Virus record (IMG/VR): IMGVR_UViG_3300020477_001008
Coordinates: 178,647-242,646 of that record
Length of the DNA stretch: 64,000 nucleotides
Reading direction: 5' to 3' (one strand)
Positions 19,346-30,392 of this stretch are shown in pieces (position 1 is the first letter of the stretch; every line of letters starts with the position of its first letter). The position numbers and the translations under genes were made by a program. The notes below the pieces were generated by a model. That model was not told the origin of the DNA, did no database searches, and was given only the letters and a program-made list of their open reading frames with translations.

Positions 19346-20162
19346 TAGGTTTGAAAAGTTATATCCAAATAATTCAATTATTATGGATATGCGTAGAGCT
19401 TATATTGATAAAGATTTAAATAGTATCTTTAGAATAGTAGAAACAGATAATAAAGAAGATCTACGTAAAGTTGTTTGTGAAAGCAATTATCAAAGCTTAT
19501 GGAGATTGCTAGAAAAATATTGTAAAACAAGACTTGCTACATCATTAAAATATTTTTATAATGAAGAAATTACAATAGCAGAAGATTGCTTTAGTCAAGG
19601 TCAAGTACAAAGTAAATCTTGGTTAGTAAAAGAACTATCAAAACTTGATTTAAATTTAGGTACAGTATTTTTGTGTGCTGGATGGTATGGTACACTAGCA
19701 ACTTTAATTTTTGAAAACCATAGAATAAATGTTGATAAAATAAGAAGTTTTGATATTGATGATAGTTGTTGGAAAATTGCTGAAGTGTTTAATAAGCCTT
19801 GGGTAATGGAAGACTGGAAATTTAAAGCGTCAACAAAAGATATTATGGATTTAACTTATGATGTTGATACTTACTACACTACTAAAAAGAATGGCGATGA
19901 ACAAGAGTTAAGAGAATCACCAGATACTATTATTAATACAAGTTGTGAACATATTGCAGACTTTGATACTTGGTATAATAAAATACCAAGCGGAAAAATA
20001 GTTATATTACAATCTAATAACTATATTGGATTACCTGAACACGTAAATTGCTCTAAAACCTTAAAAGATTTTAACAATAAAACACCTATGCAAGAAGTAT
20101 TATTCCAAGGTGAACTTTACCTAGACAAGTATTCTCGCTATATGAGAATCGGCGTTAAATAA
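19320..20162 (+). CDS. Class I SAM-dependent methyltransferase-like protein
   Basis: VFLCAGWYG (motif I-like), RSFDID, IINTSCEH. Confidence 0.55.
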   Translation: MMKIHEILDRFEKLYPNNSIIMDMRRAYIDKDLNSIFRIVETDNKEDLRKVVCESNYQSLWRLLEKYCKTRLATSLKYFYNEEITIAEDCFSQGQVQSKSWLVKELSKLDLNLGTVFLCAGWYGTLATLIFENHRINVDKIRSFDIDDSCWKIAEVFNKPWVMEDWKFKASTKDIMDLTYDVDTYYTTKKNGDEQELRESPDTIINTSCEHIADFDTWYNKIPSGKIVILQSNNYIGLPEHVNCSKTLKDFNNKTPMQEVLFQGELYLDKYSRYMRIGVK

Positions 20163-20168
20163 TGTTAG

Positions 20169-21245
20169 ATGTATACAATAGAACAAATAAAAACAATACA
20201 CTTAGAAATTACCCAAAAGTGTCAAGCCGCTTGTCCAATGTGCGACAGAAATCAAAATGGCGGAGACCTTAATCCACATATAAAATTAGACGAATTAACA
20301 TTACAAGACTGTAAACAAATTTTTACACCTTCATTTATATCACAATTAAAGAAAATGTATATGTGTGGTAATTTAGGTGATCCTGTAATTGCTACTGATA
20401 CTTTAGAAGTATTTGAATACTTTAGACAACACAATCCAAACATATGGTTGAATATGCATACAAACGGTGGTGCTAAAAAACCTGAGTGGTGGAAAGATTT
20501 AGCAAAAGTTATTGGCAAAAATGGAGACGTTACTTTTAGTGTTGATGGGTTAGAAGATACAAATCATTTATACAGGCAAAATGTTAATTGGAAACTTGTA
20601 GACCAATCAATGAAAGCATATATTGAAGGTGGTGGAAAAGTTAGATGGGATTATTTAATATTTGATCACAATCAACATCAAGTAGAAGAAGCAGAACAAT
20701 ATGCCAAGTCAATTGGTGTACATAAATTTCAAGCAAAGAAAACAGGTAGATTTATTACTACTACAAGTCAAGCTAAACAATCACACCAAGCAGTAAATCG
20801 TAAAGGTAAAGAAACTCAAGAATTAAAAAAGCCAGATGATAAGTTTGTAAACAAAGCTCTTAAAAAACAAGACTCTTTACTTGACAAATATGGTTCTATG
20901 GATGCATACTACGATAAAGTACCAATTTGGTGCAAAGTAAAAGATGAAGGTAGTTTATATATTAGTGCAGAAGGACTAGCATTACCTTGTTGTTGGACAG
21001 CAGGTAGAATGTACAAATGGTGGCATAAAGATCCTAAAGTAGAACAAATATGGAATCATATAGATGAAGTAGGTGGAAAACAAATGCTTGATGCTAAAAA
21101 CGGATTAGATAAAGTTTTTAATACTGGAATATTTGATTCAATTGAAAAGAGTTGGAATATTGATGGCTGTAATAACGGCAAATTAAAAGTATGTTCTATG
21201 AAATGTGGTAAAGAATTTGATCCATTTGCAGAACAGTTTAACTAA
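20169..21245 (+). CDS. Radical SAM protein, class B (core + C-terminal Cys module)
   Basis: CQAACPMC, GNLGDP, HTNGG, FSVDGLEDTNHLYR; C-terminal C...PCC...CSMKC. Confidence 0.9.
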   Translation: MYTIEQIKTIHLEITQKCQAACPMCDRNQNGGDLNPHIKLDELTLQDCKQIFTPSFISQLKKMYMCGNLGDPVIATDTLEVFEYFRQHNPNIWLNMHTNGGAKKPEWWKDLAKVIGKNGDVTFSVDGLEDTNHLYRQNVNWKLVDQSMKAYIEGGGKVRWDYLIFDHNQHQVEEAEQYAKSIGVHKFQAKKTGRFITTTSQAKQSHQAVNRKGKETQELKKPDDKFVNKALKKQDSLLDKYGSMDAYYDKVPIWCKVKDEGSLYISAEGLALPCCWTAGRMYKWWHKDPKVEQIWNHIDEVGGKQMLDAKNGLDKVFNTGIFDSIEKSWNIDGCNNGKLKVCSMKCGKEFDPFAEQFN

Positions 21246-21272
21246 TTAAATTACCAATAAATATAGTAAAAG

Positions 21273-22745
21273 ATGACTGATAAACCTAAACTACCATCGA
21301 AAACGTTTTGTGCTTTACCTTGGATGCACTTGTCAACAAGGCCTGACGGAAATATGCGAGTATGTTGTACAGCAAACGCAAGTTCTGTTGGTGCTACAAA
21401 TGATAAGGAATTTGGAGGACAAGTGGGACTATTACGTAATGAAGATGGTGTACCGGCAAATTTAAACAATGCAGATTTAATGTCTAGTTGGAATAACAGT
21501 TATATGAAAAATGTGCGTAAGCAGATGTTAACTGGAAAAAGACCACCAAGTTGTATTAAATGTTATAAAGAAGAAGATGCAGGACATATGAGTAAGCGTC
21601 AATGGGAAACTGAATATTGGTTAAACAGATATTCAATGGATGAAATAATTGGCGAAACAACTGAAGATGGTGCTATTCCACCTAAGATTAGATATATTGA
21701 TTTACGTATGGGATCTAAATGTAATTTAAAATGTATTATGTGTAGTCCACACGATAGTTCATTGTGGGTAAAAGACTGGCAGGCTGTTTATCCTAAAATT
21801 AAAAATCCTATATTAAAAGAATCAATGAGCTGGCAGAATAAAGGAAAAGTTCACGGAGCAAATTACAATTGGCATAAAGACAATCCTACATTCTGGGATC
21901 AATTATATGAGCAAATACCTCATATGTATCAGTTATATTTTGCTGGAGGCGAATCTACTATTATTGAAGAGCATTATACTTTATTAGAAGAAGTAATTAG
22001 ACGTGGATATGCTCACAAGATAGAATTACGATACAACTCAAATGGTGTCGAAATGCCTGATAGATTATTTGAGATTTGGAGCAAATTTAAGAGAGTAAGA
22101 TTTCATTATAGTGTTGACTCTATAGAAGAGATGAATAGTTATATACGTTTTCCAGCAGACTGGGATAATACAGTTAAGCAGTTTCATCTATTAGATAATA
22201 CAGATGATAAAGTTGAAGTTACAATTGCCTGTGCAGTACAGGCCTTGAATATACATTATATTCCTGACTTTATAAAATGGAAGCTTGAACAGAATTTTAA
22301 AAAGATTAATGTATGGCCATTTGGTGCTGGAATGATTAATTATCATTTTGTATATTGGCCACCTCAATTAAATGTAAAAGTATTACCACAATGGTTTAAA
22401 GAAAGAGTTAAACAGAAGTACGAGGAGTTTTATCCTTGGCTAGAAGAAAATTGGAAATTAAGTGGTGCTCCAAGTAAAGAAGCATTTTTAAACGCAGACT
22501 ACGGTATCAAAAGATTAAAAGGAATGGTTAAATTTATGATGTCAGAAGATTGGTCTGTGAGAATGCCAGAGTTTAGAGAGTACATAACACAATTTGATAT
22601 ACAGAGAAACACAGACTTTAAAAAAGTATTTCCTGATATGGCAGGCCTTTTAGATGAAACACTTGACAATAGTATTGAGACCAAACTAGGTGATAAAGTG
22701 GATGAAAAAACTGAAAAGGAACTTGCAGATGGCGGAACGATCTAA
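21273..22745 (+). CDS. Radical SAM protein, class A (N-terminal twitch-like module)
   Basis: CALPW...CC...CIKC, then DLRMGSKCNLKCIMC, AGGES, SVDS; ATAAATA 9 nt upstream. Confidence 0.92.
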   Translation: MTDKPKLPSKTFCALPWMHLSTRPDGNMRVCCTANASSVGATNDKEFGGQVGLLRNEDGVPANLNNADLMSSWNNSYMKNVRKQMLTGKRPPSCIKCYKEEDAGHMSKRQWETEYWLNRYSMDEIIGETTEDGAIPPKIRYIDLRMGSKCNLKCIMCSPHDSSLWVKDWQAVYPKIKNPILKESMSWQNKGKVHGANYNWHKDNPTFWDQLYEQIPHMYQLYFAGGESTIIEEHYTLLEEVIRRGYAHKIELRYNSNGVEMPDRLFEIWSKFKRVRFHYSVDSIEEMNSYIRFPADWDNTVKQFHLLDNTDDKVEVTIACAVQALNIHYIPDFIKWKLEQNFKKINVWPFGAGMINYHFVYWPPQLNVKVLPQWFKERVKQKYEEFYPWLEENWKLSGAPSKEAFLNADYGIKRLKGMVKFMMSEDWSVRMPEFREYITQFDIQRNTDFKKVFPDMAGLLDETLDNSIETKLGDKVDEKTEKELADGGTI

Positions 22746-24003
22746 AACATACTGTCCTTTACCTTTTATTCATTCACACGCAGGGTTAAATGGAAAATAT
22801 AAACCTTGTTGTAATTCAGATACATCAGTTCACGGTTACAAATATCATATAGAAAAATTAGGTTATAAAGATTGGTTTTATCATCCAGAAATGGATAAAC
22901 TAAGAAATGATTTATTAAATGGTGTACAAAATCCAATGTGTGATGTTTGTTGGAAACAAGAAGCATTTAGTTCAGATAGTTATAGAACAGTTTATATAAA
23001 AAAATATCAAGATGATAATATAAATCATAAAGATCCAAAAATAACTTATATTGATATGAAGCTATCAAATGAATGTAATTTAGCTTGTACTCATTGTGAT
23101 TATTCTAACTCATCACAAATTTATAAAGATATGTTATCTATAGAAGAGCAAGGTTTGGAGTTACCACCTCAATGGGAAAGAAGTCCTAATTTTGAAAAAA
23201 GATTAGAAGATAAAGATAGAAAAGATATGTATCATAAGCAACCACAAAACGTTGTTGATGAATTAATTGATTTAATGCCAGACCTTAAACACTTAAAAGT
23301 TACAGGTGGAGAGCCTACTATTACAAAAGAATTTTTTAGATTAGTAGATTATGCAGTTGAAAATAACTATGCAAAAAATCTTAATTTGTATATTACTACT
23401 AATGGAACAAGGTTTACTCCTGACTTTATAAAAAAATTACAACACTTTAAAAATTTACATTTAACAGTTAGTTGTGATGGATATGGAGATACTTACGAAT
23501 ATATTAGATATCCATTTACTTGGAAAATGTTTGAGAAAAGATTAAAAGTTGTTGCAGAACATTTAAAGTCAACTAATCATAATATTAGATCATTAAATTT
23601 TAACTGTGTAGCTCAGATGCAAAACATTGAAAACATACCAAAACTTGAAAATTGGATTTATGATTTATTTCAGCAACAAGCATCTCTTTATGTACAGCCA
23701 CATATTAATCCTGTTGATAGTACAAATCATTCTAAACTATTACCAAAGCATATTTTAGAAAAAGCACTAGAAGATATAAGAATATCAAATGCAAAATCAG
23801 GATATGATTTAAAAATGTATACAGATATGTTAGAATGGTTAATTAAAAACTTTAATAGTGATGAATTAAAAATATATAGATCAGTCAAATATCTAAAAAA
23901 TATGAAAAATGCACTTGTTAATCTTGACAAGATAAGAAAACAAGACTATAGAACTAATCTTGAACCATTAACAAGAGAATGGGTGGAGGGTTTAAATGTC
24001 TAA
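22729..24003 (+). CDS. Radical SAM protein, class A
   Basis: CPLPF...PCC...CDVC; CNLACTHC; TGGEP; SCDG; start set at MAERSK. Confidence 0.9.
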   Translation: MAERSKTYCPLPFIHSHAGLNGKYKPCCNSDTSVHGYKYHIEKLGYKDWFYHPEMDKLRNDLLNGVQNPMCDVCWKQEAFSSDSYRTVYIKKYQDDNINHKDPKITYIDMKLSNECNLACTHCDYSNSSQIYKDMLSIEEQGLELPPQWERSPNFEKRLEDKDRKDMYHKQPQNVVDELIDLMPDLKHLKVTGGEPTITKEFFRLVDYAVENNYAKNLNLYITTNGTRFTPDFIKKLQHFKNLHLTVSCDGYGDTYEYIRYPFTWKMFEKRLKVVAEHLKSTNHNIRSLNFNCVAQMQNIENIPKLENWIYDLFQQQASLYVQPHINPVDSTNHSKLLPKHILEKALEDIRISNAKSGYDLKMYTDMLEWLIKNFNSDELKIYRSVKYLKNMKNALVNLDKIRKQDYRTNLEPLTREWVEGLNV

Positions 24004-25246
24004 AACATTTAAGTTTTGTAAGGCACCATTTGGTAGTATATATGTAAGACCAAATGTAAGACCAAATCCACAAGCTGGTAAACAAACTGAGATTAGCTTC
24101 TGCTGTGTGCAGACTGAAAAATATATGTTAAAAGAAAATGAAACAGTTAATGATTTTTGGAAAAGCGACTGGGCAAAAGAACATAGGCAACAGTTTCTTA
24201 ATAAAGAGTGGCCTTCTTCTTGTAGTTATTGTGAATGGAAAGAAAATAACAATATTGAAAGCGATATTGGAACACACCAACAGATTACTATTAAAGAGTA
24301 TAATATTTCTGATGGCAATGAAATGGCTAAACCAAAATATGTTGATTATAGACCAGATAATTTATGCAACCTAATGTGTACAATGTGTGGTCCTAGTAAT
24401 AGTAATTTAATTGAAGATATGTGGCGTGAAATACCTATTAGTCCTGGGTGGCACCACGAAGCAAATGCAGGAATAGATGGTGATGTAACTATTGAAGAAG
24501 AAGAATTAGTAACCAAAGAATTACTTGGTAATCATACAATGCAATTAAAAGTTTTAGGTGGAGAACCTACTATTAATAAAAAAGTTCATTCAGTATTTCA
24601 ATATGCGATTGATAAAGGATATGCACAAAATATAGATTTAAAAATAACAACCAATTTTACTAATGTAAACAAAACTTATGATATGTTTGATAAGTTTAAG
24701 TCTTGCAGGATACAAGCTAGTATTGATGCAACAGGACCAACATATGATTATATTAGAAGACCAGCTAAATGGTCAGCTGTAAAAGAAAAGCTTTTACAAT
24801 TTGCTGATAGATACGAAAATTCTTATCCAAAAATGCAATGGAATTTTAATATTGTTTGGCAATTAGCAAATTGCTTTACTGTTAAAGATTGGTTACCTGA
24901 ATTACTTGATATGTTCTACAATGATCCAAAGCTAAAAAAAATAGCAAAACAAGACGTAGGATTATCATTAATTAATTGTGATGGAACAGGTATAACACTA
25001 GACGCTATACCAGATAGTATGAAACATTATATAATTGATGATTTAGAAGATTTATTAAAAGATTGGAAACATAATCCTTTCGCATTTAAAGATATTGAAA
25101 CATTAATCAAGTATACTGAAAATGCAAAGTTTACCAATTTGCAACATAGAGCATTTAAAAGAAAATTTACATTAATGGATCAATATAAAAAAACAAATAT
25201 GTTTGAATTAAGTCCAAGGTTTAAGGAGTTGTATGACTTTAGATAA
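23996..25246 (+). CDS. Radical SAM protein, class A
   Basis: CKAPF...FCC...CSYC; DNLCNLMCTMC; LGGEP; SIDA. Confidence 0.9.
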   Translation: MSKTFKFCKAPFGSIYVRPNVRPNPQAGKQTEISFCCVQTEKYMLKENETVNDFWKSDWAKEHRQQFLNKEWPSSCSYCEWKENNNIESDIGTHQQITIKEYNISDGNEMAKPKYVDYRPDNLCNLMCTMCGPSNSNLIEDMWREIPISPGWHHEANAGIDGDVTIEEEELVTKELLGNHTMQLKVLGGEPTINKKVHSVFQYAIDKGYAQNIDLKITTNFTNVNKTYDMFDKFKSCRIQASIDATGPTYDYIRRPAKWSAVKEKLLQFADRYENSYPKMQWNFNIVWQLANCFTVKDWLPELLDMFYNDPKLKKIAKQDVGLSLINCDGTGITLDAIPDSMKHYIIDDLEDLLKDWKHNPFAFKDIETLIKYTENAKFTNLQHRAFKRKFTLMDQYKKTNMFELSPRFKELYDFR

Positions 25247-26153
25247 AAAATTGTTTTTAACAAAACACGCCGCTATCTATGATCCTGAATTTCAAGATAG
25301 ATTGTGGAATGCACCTTGGCAAGATTGGTTAAGTAAATCAGGTTATTTTAATGTTAAAGATGAATATATAGAAACTATTGATAAATGGATTTATAATTCT
25401 AATGAAATTAAATTTAATGGGTTAGACAGATTTAAGTATAAAGATTTAATTCACGGAACAACTCAAGCTTTTGATGAAGCATATTACAGATATAAAGAAC
25501 GTAGGTTACGAACTTATAGAGGAGAGTATGCTTATCATAAAAGAGTGCAAGGAGTAAAGAATTTTATTGATACTAAAGAAGGTGATTATATACCAATTGA
25601 AGAAAATGATTGGGTAGTAATAAGTTTACCATTTTGTGGTAATGGTGCTGAGCCACCATTTTTAGAAAAAGTTTTAAATGATTGTGCAAATTTAAATGTA
25701 CCAGTATTAATTGATTGTGCTTGGTTTGGAACACACTATTGGAAAAAAACATTTACTTTAGATAATCCTTGTATTAAAGAAGTATGTTTTAGTATTTCAA
25801 AAGGAATAGGAATGGGTAATATGAGAACTGGTATTCGATATTCTAATTACGATGATCATTTACCTATTAGACAACATAATAATTATAACCATTTGCCTTT
25901 AGGATTATCACAAATTGGTATATGGCAAATGCAAAAGTTTAGTTCTGATTTTATTGGTAACAAGTATAATGAAATGGTAAAAACAGTTTGCGAACAAAAT
26001 AATATTATAATGACTCCAGTTATGCATATTGGGTTACTTGAAAAAGGACATCCTGATTATGAATATTTTTTAACTGATGATGTTTATAGTAAAGTTGGAA
26101 TACGTGAAGCTGTAAAAAAGTATAGAAAGGAATTGCGAAATGAAGAAAGATAA
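25233..26153 (+). CDS. PLP-dependent (aminotransferase fold I-like) protein inside the radical SAM array
   Basis: VISLPF..G, VLIDCAWFG, FSISKG (PLP Lys), RTGIR. Confidence 0.6.
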   Translation: MTLDKKLFLTKHAAIYDPEFQDRLWNAPWQDWLSKSGYFNVKDEYIETIDKWIYNSNEIKFNGLDRFKYKDLIHGTTQAFDEAYYRYKERRLRTYRGEYAYHKRVQGVKNFIDTKEGDYIPIEENDWVVISLPFCGNGAEPPFLEKVLNDCANLNVPVLIDCAWFGTHYWKKTFTLDNPCIKEVCFSISKGIGMGNMRTGIRYSNYDDHLPIRQHNNYNHLPLGLSQIGIWQMQKFSSDFIGNKYNEMVKTVCEQNNIIMTPVMHIGLLEKGHPDYEYFLTDDVYSKVGIREAVKKYRKELRNEER

Positions 26154-27444
26154 TTTTTGCATATTACCTTTTATACATTTAAGTACTAGGACTAACGGTG
26201 CTATGCAATTATGCTGTCACGCAAATAGTAGTACTACAAAAAATTATCGACAGCCAGGACTTAATAGAAAATCAAATGGCGAGTTTGTATATGTGTATAA
26301 AGACAAACCTTCTGATTATTGGAATACTGATTATATGAAAGCTGTTCGTAAAAAACTAATAAATGGCCAAATGCCAAAAGAATGTATGGTATGCTATAAA
26401 GAAGAAGCATCAGGATATAGATCAAAAAGACAATGGGAAAATGATGAGTGGTCTGAAAAAGTAAATTTTGATGATGTATTAGCAAAAGTAAAAGATGATG
26501 GCGAAGCACCTTTTGATATACGTTATGTAGATATGAAATTAGGTAATAAATGTGACCTGGCTTGTTTAATGTGTAATCCAGCAGATAGTTCTTTATGGAT
26601 ACCTGATTATAATAAATTAATTGATTCTAATATATCTGAAAAAGCTAAAGAAGAATTGTTATGGAAAAAAGGCGAAGGAAAATTAAATTGGTATAAAGTA
26701 GATGCAGTTTTTTGGAAAGATATAGAAAGCAAATTAGACAGTATTGAAAATCTATATATAATTGGTGGAGAACCAACAATCAATCCAGAGTTTAAAACTT
26801 TCTTGGAAATGTGCGTAGAATCAGGGCATTCCAGCCGGATAAACCTGCGTTTTAATACGAACGGGTATACTACTACAAAAGAGCTTGATCGCCTTTATAC
26901 GTGCTTTAAAACGTGTTTAATCCACCTTTCTTTAGACGGGTTTGGTGATTATCATAATCTTATACGTTATCCAAGTAATTGGGAAACAATGTTGGAAAAA
27001 TTAGATTATTGGGATAATACAGCAGACAATATACAAGTTACAATTGACTTAACAGCTTCAATATTAAACATTATGCATATACCAGATTTTATTAAGTGGA
27101 AAGTATCACAGAACTTTAAAAAAATTAATACAGATATAAATCAAGGATTTATAGGAATTCATTATTTGCATTCTCCTAATTTTTTAAAAGTAACATCATT
27201 GCCAAAACATATTAAAGAACAAGTAGTAAAACAGTATGAAGATTTATACCAATGGATAAGTGAAAACATTGAAGGTGGAGATAAAAAATTAAAAAAATAT
27301 CAAAAGTTCAAAGCACTTATAGATTTAATGAATGGTAAAGATGAAAGTCATATGTGGCCAACAGTAATAGAGTATTTAGATAAGATGGATAGTATACGAG
27401 GAACAAATTGGAGAAAGGTGTTAAAAGAATATGAAGAAAACTAG
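26140..27444 (+). CDS. Radical SAM protein, class A
   Basis: CILPF...LCC...CMVC; GNKCDLACLMC; IGGEP; SLDG. Confidence 0.92.
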   Translation: MKKDNFCILPFIHLSTRTNGAMQLCCHANSSTTKNYRQPGLNRKSNGEFVYVYKDKPSDYWNTDYMKAVRKKLINGQMPKECMVCYKEEASGYRSKRQWENDEWSEKVNFDDVLAKVKDDGEAPFDIRYVDMKLGNKCDLACLMCNPADSSLWIPDYNKLIDSNISEKAKEELLWKKGEGKLNWYKVDAVFWKDIESKLDSIENLYIIGGEPTINPEFKTFLEMCVESGHSSRINLRFNTNGYTTTKELDRLYTCFKTCLIHLSLDGFGDYHNLIRYPSNWETMLEKLDYWDNTADNIQVTIDLTASILNIMHIPDFIKWKVSQNFKKINTDINQGFIGIHYLHSPNFLKVTSLPKHIKEQVVKQYEDLYQWISENIEGGDKKLKKYQKFKALIDLMNGKDESHMWPTVIEYLDKMDSIRGTNWRKVLKEYEEN

Positions 27445-28831
27445 ACCTAGTGATTTATATTATAAACATCTTACAAAGAATAATAATTCTTGGTGCCCAG
27501 TACCGTGGACTCAGATAGCAGTCCATAACTCAGGAGAATATAGAAGTTGTATACAAGCCAGAACTTGTAAAAAAACAAAAGGTATTTTAAAAGACGAAAA
27601 TAATAAAATTATGAGAGCAGATACACACTCTATTGAAGATGTAAGAAATGCACCTTTATTAAAAGAAGTAAGAAAAGATATGCTAGACAGTAAACGCCAT
27701 AGTATGTGTATTAGATGTAATGAAGAAGATGATGCAAAAATGAATTCAAGACGTAGATATGCAATTAGAGAATACTATAACAAGTATGAATATGATTTTT
27801 GGAATGCTGAATCAAGTACAAAACCTGATGGGACTTTAGTTATAGAAAAGTCACCTATAATAGAGTGGGATATTAGATTAGGCAATTTATGTAATTTAAA
27901 ATGTAGAATGTGTGATCCAAGTGAAAGTACACAGTGGTACGACGAATGGTTTGATACAATGTTTAAAGGATTTAAAACTGATTTTACTGAAGTAGAGTTA
28001 GTTAAAGATAAAAATAGAGCTAAAGTAAAAAATGACATTTATAGTTGGTATGATGAAGTAAACTTTTATGACCAATTTGATACTAATGCAAGTGGAACAA
28101 GAAAAATACATTTCTCAGGTGGAGAACCTACTTTAGTAGAGAATATGTATGATATGTTACAAAAGTTAATTGATAGTGGTATAGCAAAAGAAATGGACCT
28201 TGATTATAATATTAATTTAACTAATATTCCAAAAAGAGCAATTAATTTATGGCACGAGTTTAAAAGTGTACAAATAGGTGGAAGTGTTGATGGTGTTGGA
28301 AAAATTAATGAATATATAAGATACCCTTCAAAATGGAGTAAAGTTGAAGAAAATATTAAATGGTTAGATGCTAATACCCAGCCTAACATTTCTTTATTCA
28401 ATACATTTACTTGGCAAATATTAAATGCTGTAGAAGTATTTGATTTAGTAAAATATCAAATTGAAAATGATTTTGTTAAGTTTAATGCAGAAGTTAATAG
28501 TGTTTTCTTTAGTATGCATTTTTTACATTCACCAGATTATTTAAATGTAAAAGCTCTACCTAAGGAATTAAAAGAATATGTACAACAAGAATTTGATAAA
28601 TTTGATAATGAATTTTTTAAATTGTGGGAAACTGATGACATAAGTTTAAAAGAAAGATTTAGAGATAAAATGCAATCAATGTTAGATTTTATGTGGAGTG
28701 AAGACAAATCAGACCATTTTATTGAGTTTGTTAAAAGAACTAAAATACAAGACAAATATAGGAATCAAAATTTTGCTGAATTATATCCAGTAATAAGCAA
28801 TTATATAAAGAGAAACTACAATGAGTTTTAA
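27431..28831 (+). CDS. Radical SAM protein, class A (paralog copy 1)
   Basis: CPVPW...SCIQARTC...CIRC; GNLCNLKCRMC; SGGEP. Confidence 0.92.
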   Translation: MKKTRPSDLYYKHLTKNNNSWCPVPWTQIAVHNSGEYRSCIQARTCKKTKGILKDENNKIMRADTHSIEDVRNAPLLKEVRKDMLDSKRHSMCIRCNEEDDAKMNSRRRYAIREYYNKYEYDFWNAESSTKPDGTLVIEKSPIIEWDIRLGNLCNLKCRMCDPSESTQWYDEWFDTMFKGFKTDFTEVELVKDKNRAKVKNDIYSWYDEVNFYDQFDTNASGTRKIHFSGGEPTLVENMYDMLQKLIDSGIAKEMDLDYNINLTNIPKRAINLWHEFKSVQIGGSVDGVGKINEYIRYPSKWSKVEENIKWLDANTQPNISLFNTFTWQILNAVEVFDLVKYQIENDFVKFNAEVNSVFFSMHFLHSPDYLNVKALPKELKEYVQQEFDKFDNEFFKLWETDDISLKERFRDKMQSMLDFMWSEDKSDHFIEFVKRTKIQDKYRNQNFAELYPVISNYIKRNYNEF

Positions 28832-30392
28832 AGATAGACATAATTATCGTCCTGTTGATTTATATTATCAACATATTAACAAGAGTAATAACTCTTGGTG
28901 TCCGTTGCCTTGGGCTCAAGTGGCAGTTCATAATTCTGGTGAATATAGAAGTTGTATACAAGCAAGATCTTGTAAAAAAACAAAAGGTATTTTAAAAGAC
29001 GAAAATAATAAAATTATGAGAGCAGAAGTTAATACTATTGATGAAGTTAGAAATGCACCGTTACTAAAAGATGTACGTAAAGATATGTTAGATGGAAAAC
29101 GCCATAGTATGTGTATTAGATGTAATGAAGAAGATGATGCAAAAATGAATTCAAGACGTAGAAATGCAATCAGAGAATATTATTTAAAATACAGTTATGA
29201 TATGTTTGATGCAGAATCAAGTACTAATTCTGATGGAACATTAATTACAGATAAAGCACCAATATTAGAATGGGATATTAGATTAGGTAATTTGTGTAAT
29301 TTAAGATGTCGTATGTGTAACCCAAGTGAAAGTACACAGTGGTATGATGAATGGTTTGATACTATGTTTTCAGGTTTTAAAACAGATTTCACAAGAGTTG
29401 AATTAATAAAAGATAGAGGAAAGGCCCAACCTAAAGATGACATATATGGTTGGTATGCAAAAGCTAATTTCTTTGATCAGTTTGATAATAGTTCAATTGG
29501 TACAAAGAAAATATATTTCTCAGGTGGAGAGCCAACGTTAGTAGAAAATATGTATGATATGTTACAAAAATTAATTGATAGCGGTATAGCAAAAGATATG
29601 GAATTAGAATATAATATTAATTTAACTAATATTCCAAGGAGAGCAATTAACTTATGGCACGAATTTAAAAAAGTACAGTTAGGATGTAGTATAGACGGTG
29701 TTGGAAAAATTAATGATTATATAAGATATCCAAGTAAGTGGAATAAGATAGATGAAAATATTAAATGGCTAGATACTAATACTAAATCAAATATTGTTTT
29801 ATTCAATACATTTACTTGGCAGATTTTAAATGCAGTTGAAGTATTAGATCTAGTTAAGTATCAAATAGAAAATAACTTTACTAAATTTAATTTTGCTGTC
29901 AATAGTGTATTTTTTAGTATGCATTTTTTACACTCTCCTGACTATTTAAATGTAAAAGCTTTACCTAGAGAGCTAAAAGAATATGTACAGCACGAGTTTG
30001 ATAAATTTGATAATGAATTTTTTAAACCTTGGGTAGATAATTTGCCAGATGATGCAAAAATATTAGGTCATAGATTTAAACAAAAAGATGATGATATAGA
30101 ACCTGAAATACCAATATTTCAAGAGATGCTTCCTTTACCTAAAAAATATCTTACTAAAGATAAGTTTAATGAACAAAATGAAAGTTATGATTGGTATGGA
30201 ACTAAAAGAAAGTTTTATTATAAATGGAAAGATAAAATGCAATCAATGTTAGACTTTATGTGGAGTGAAGACAAATCAGAACATTTTGACGAATTTGTTG
30301 AAAGAATGAAAATACAAGACAAATACAGAAATGAAAAATTAGAGGACTTATATCCACAAATAAGTAACTATATAAGGAAAAAATATCAATGA
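28821..30392 (+). CDS. Radical SAM protein, class A (paralog copy 2, with C-terminal insertion)
   Basis: CPLPW...SCIQARSC...CIRC; GNLCNLRCRMC; near-identical blocks to 27431. Confidence 0.92.
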   Translation: MSFKDRHNYRPVDLYYQHINKSNNSWCPLPWAQVAVHNSGEYRSCIQARSCKKTKGILKDENNKIMRAEVNTIDEVRNAPLLKDVRKDMLDGKRHSMCIRCNEEDDAKMNSRRRNAIREYYLKYSYDMFDAESSTNSDGTLITDKAPILEWDIRLGNLCNLRCRMCNPSESTQWYDEWFDTMFSGFKTDFTRVELIKDRGKAQPKDDIYGWYAKANFFDQFDNSSIGTKKIYFSGGEPTLVENMYDMLQKLIDSGIAKDMELEYNINLTNIPRRAINLWHEFKKVQLGCSIDGVGKINDYIRYPSKWNKIDENIKWLDTNTKSNIVLFNTFTWQILNAVEVLDLVKYQIENNFTKFNFAVNSVFFSMHFLHSPDYLNVKALPRELKEYVQHEFDKFDNEFFKPWVDNLPDDAKILGHRFKQKDDDIEPEIPIFQEMLPLPKKYLTKDKFNEQNESYDWYGTKRKFYYKWKDKMQSMLDFMWSEDKSEHFDEFVERMKIQDKYRNEKLEDLYPQISNYIRKKYQ

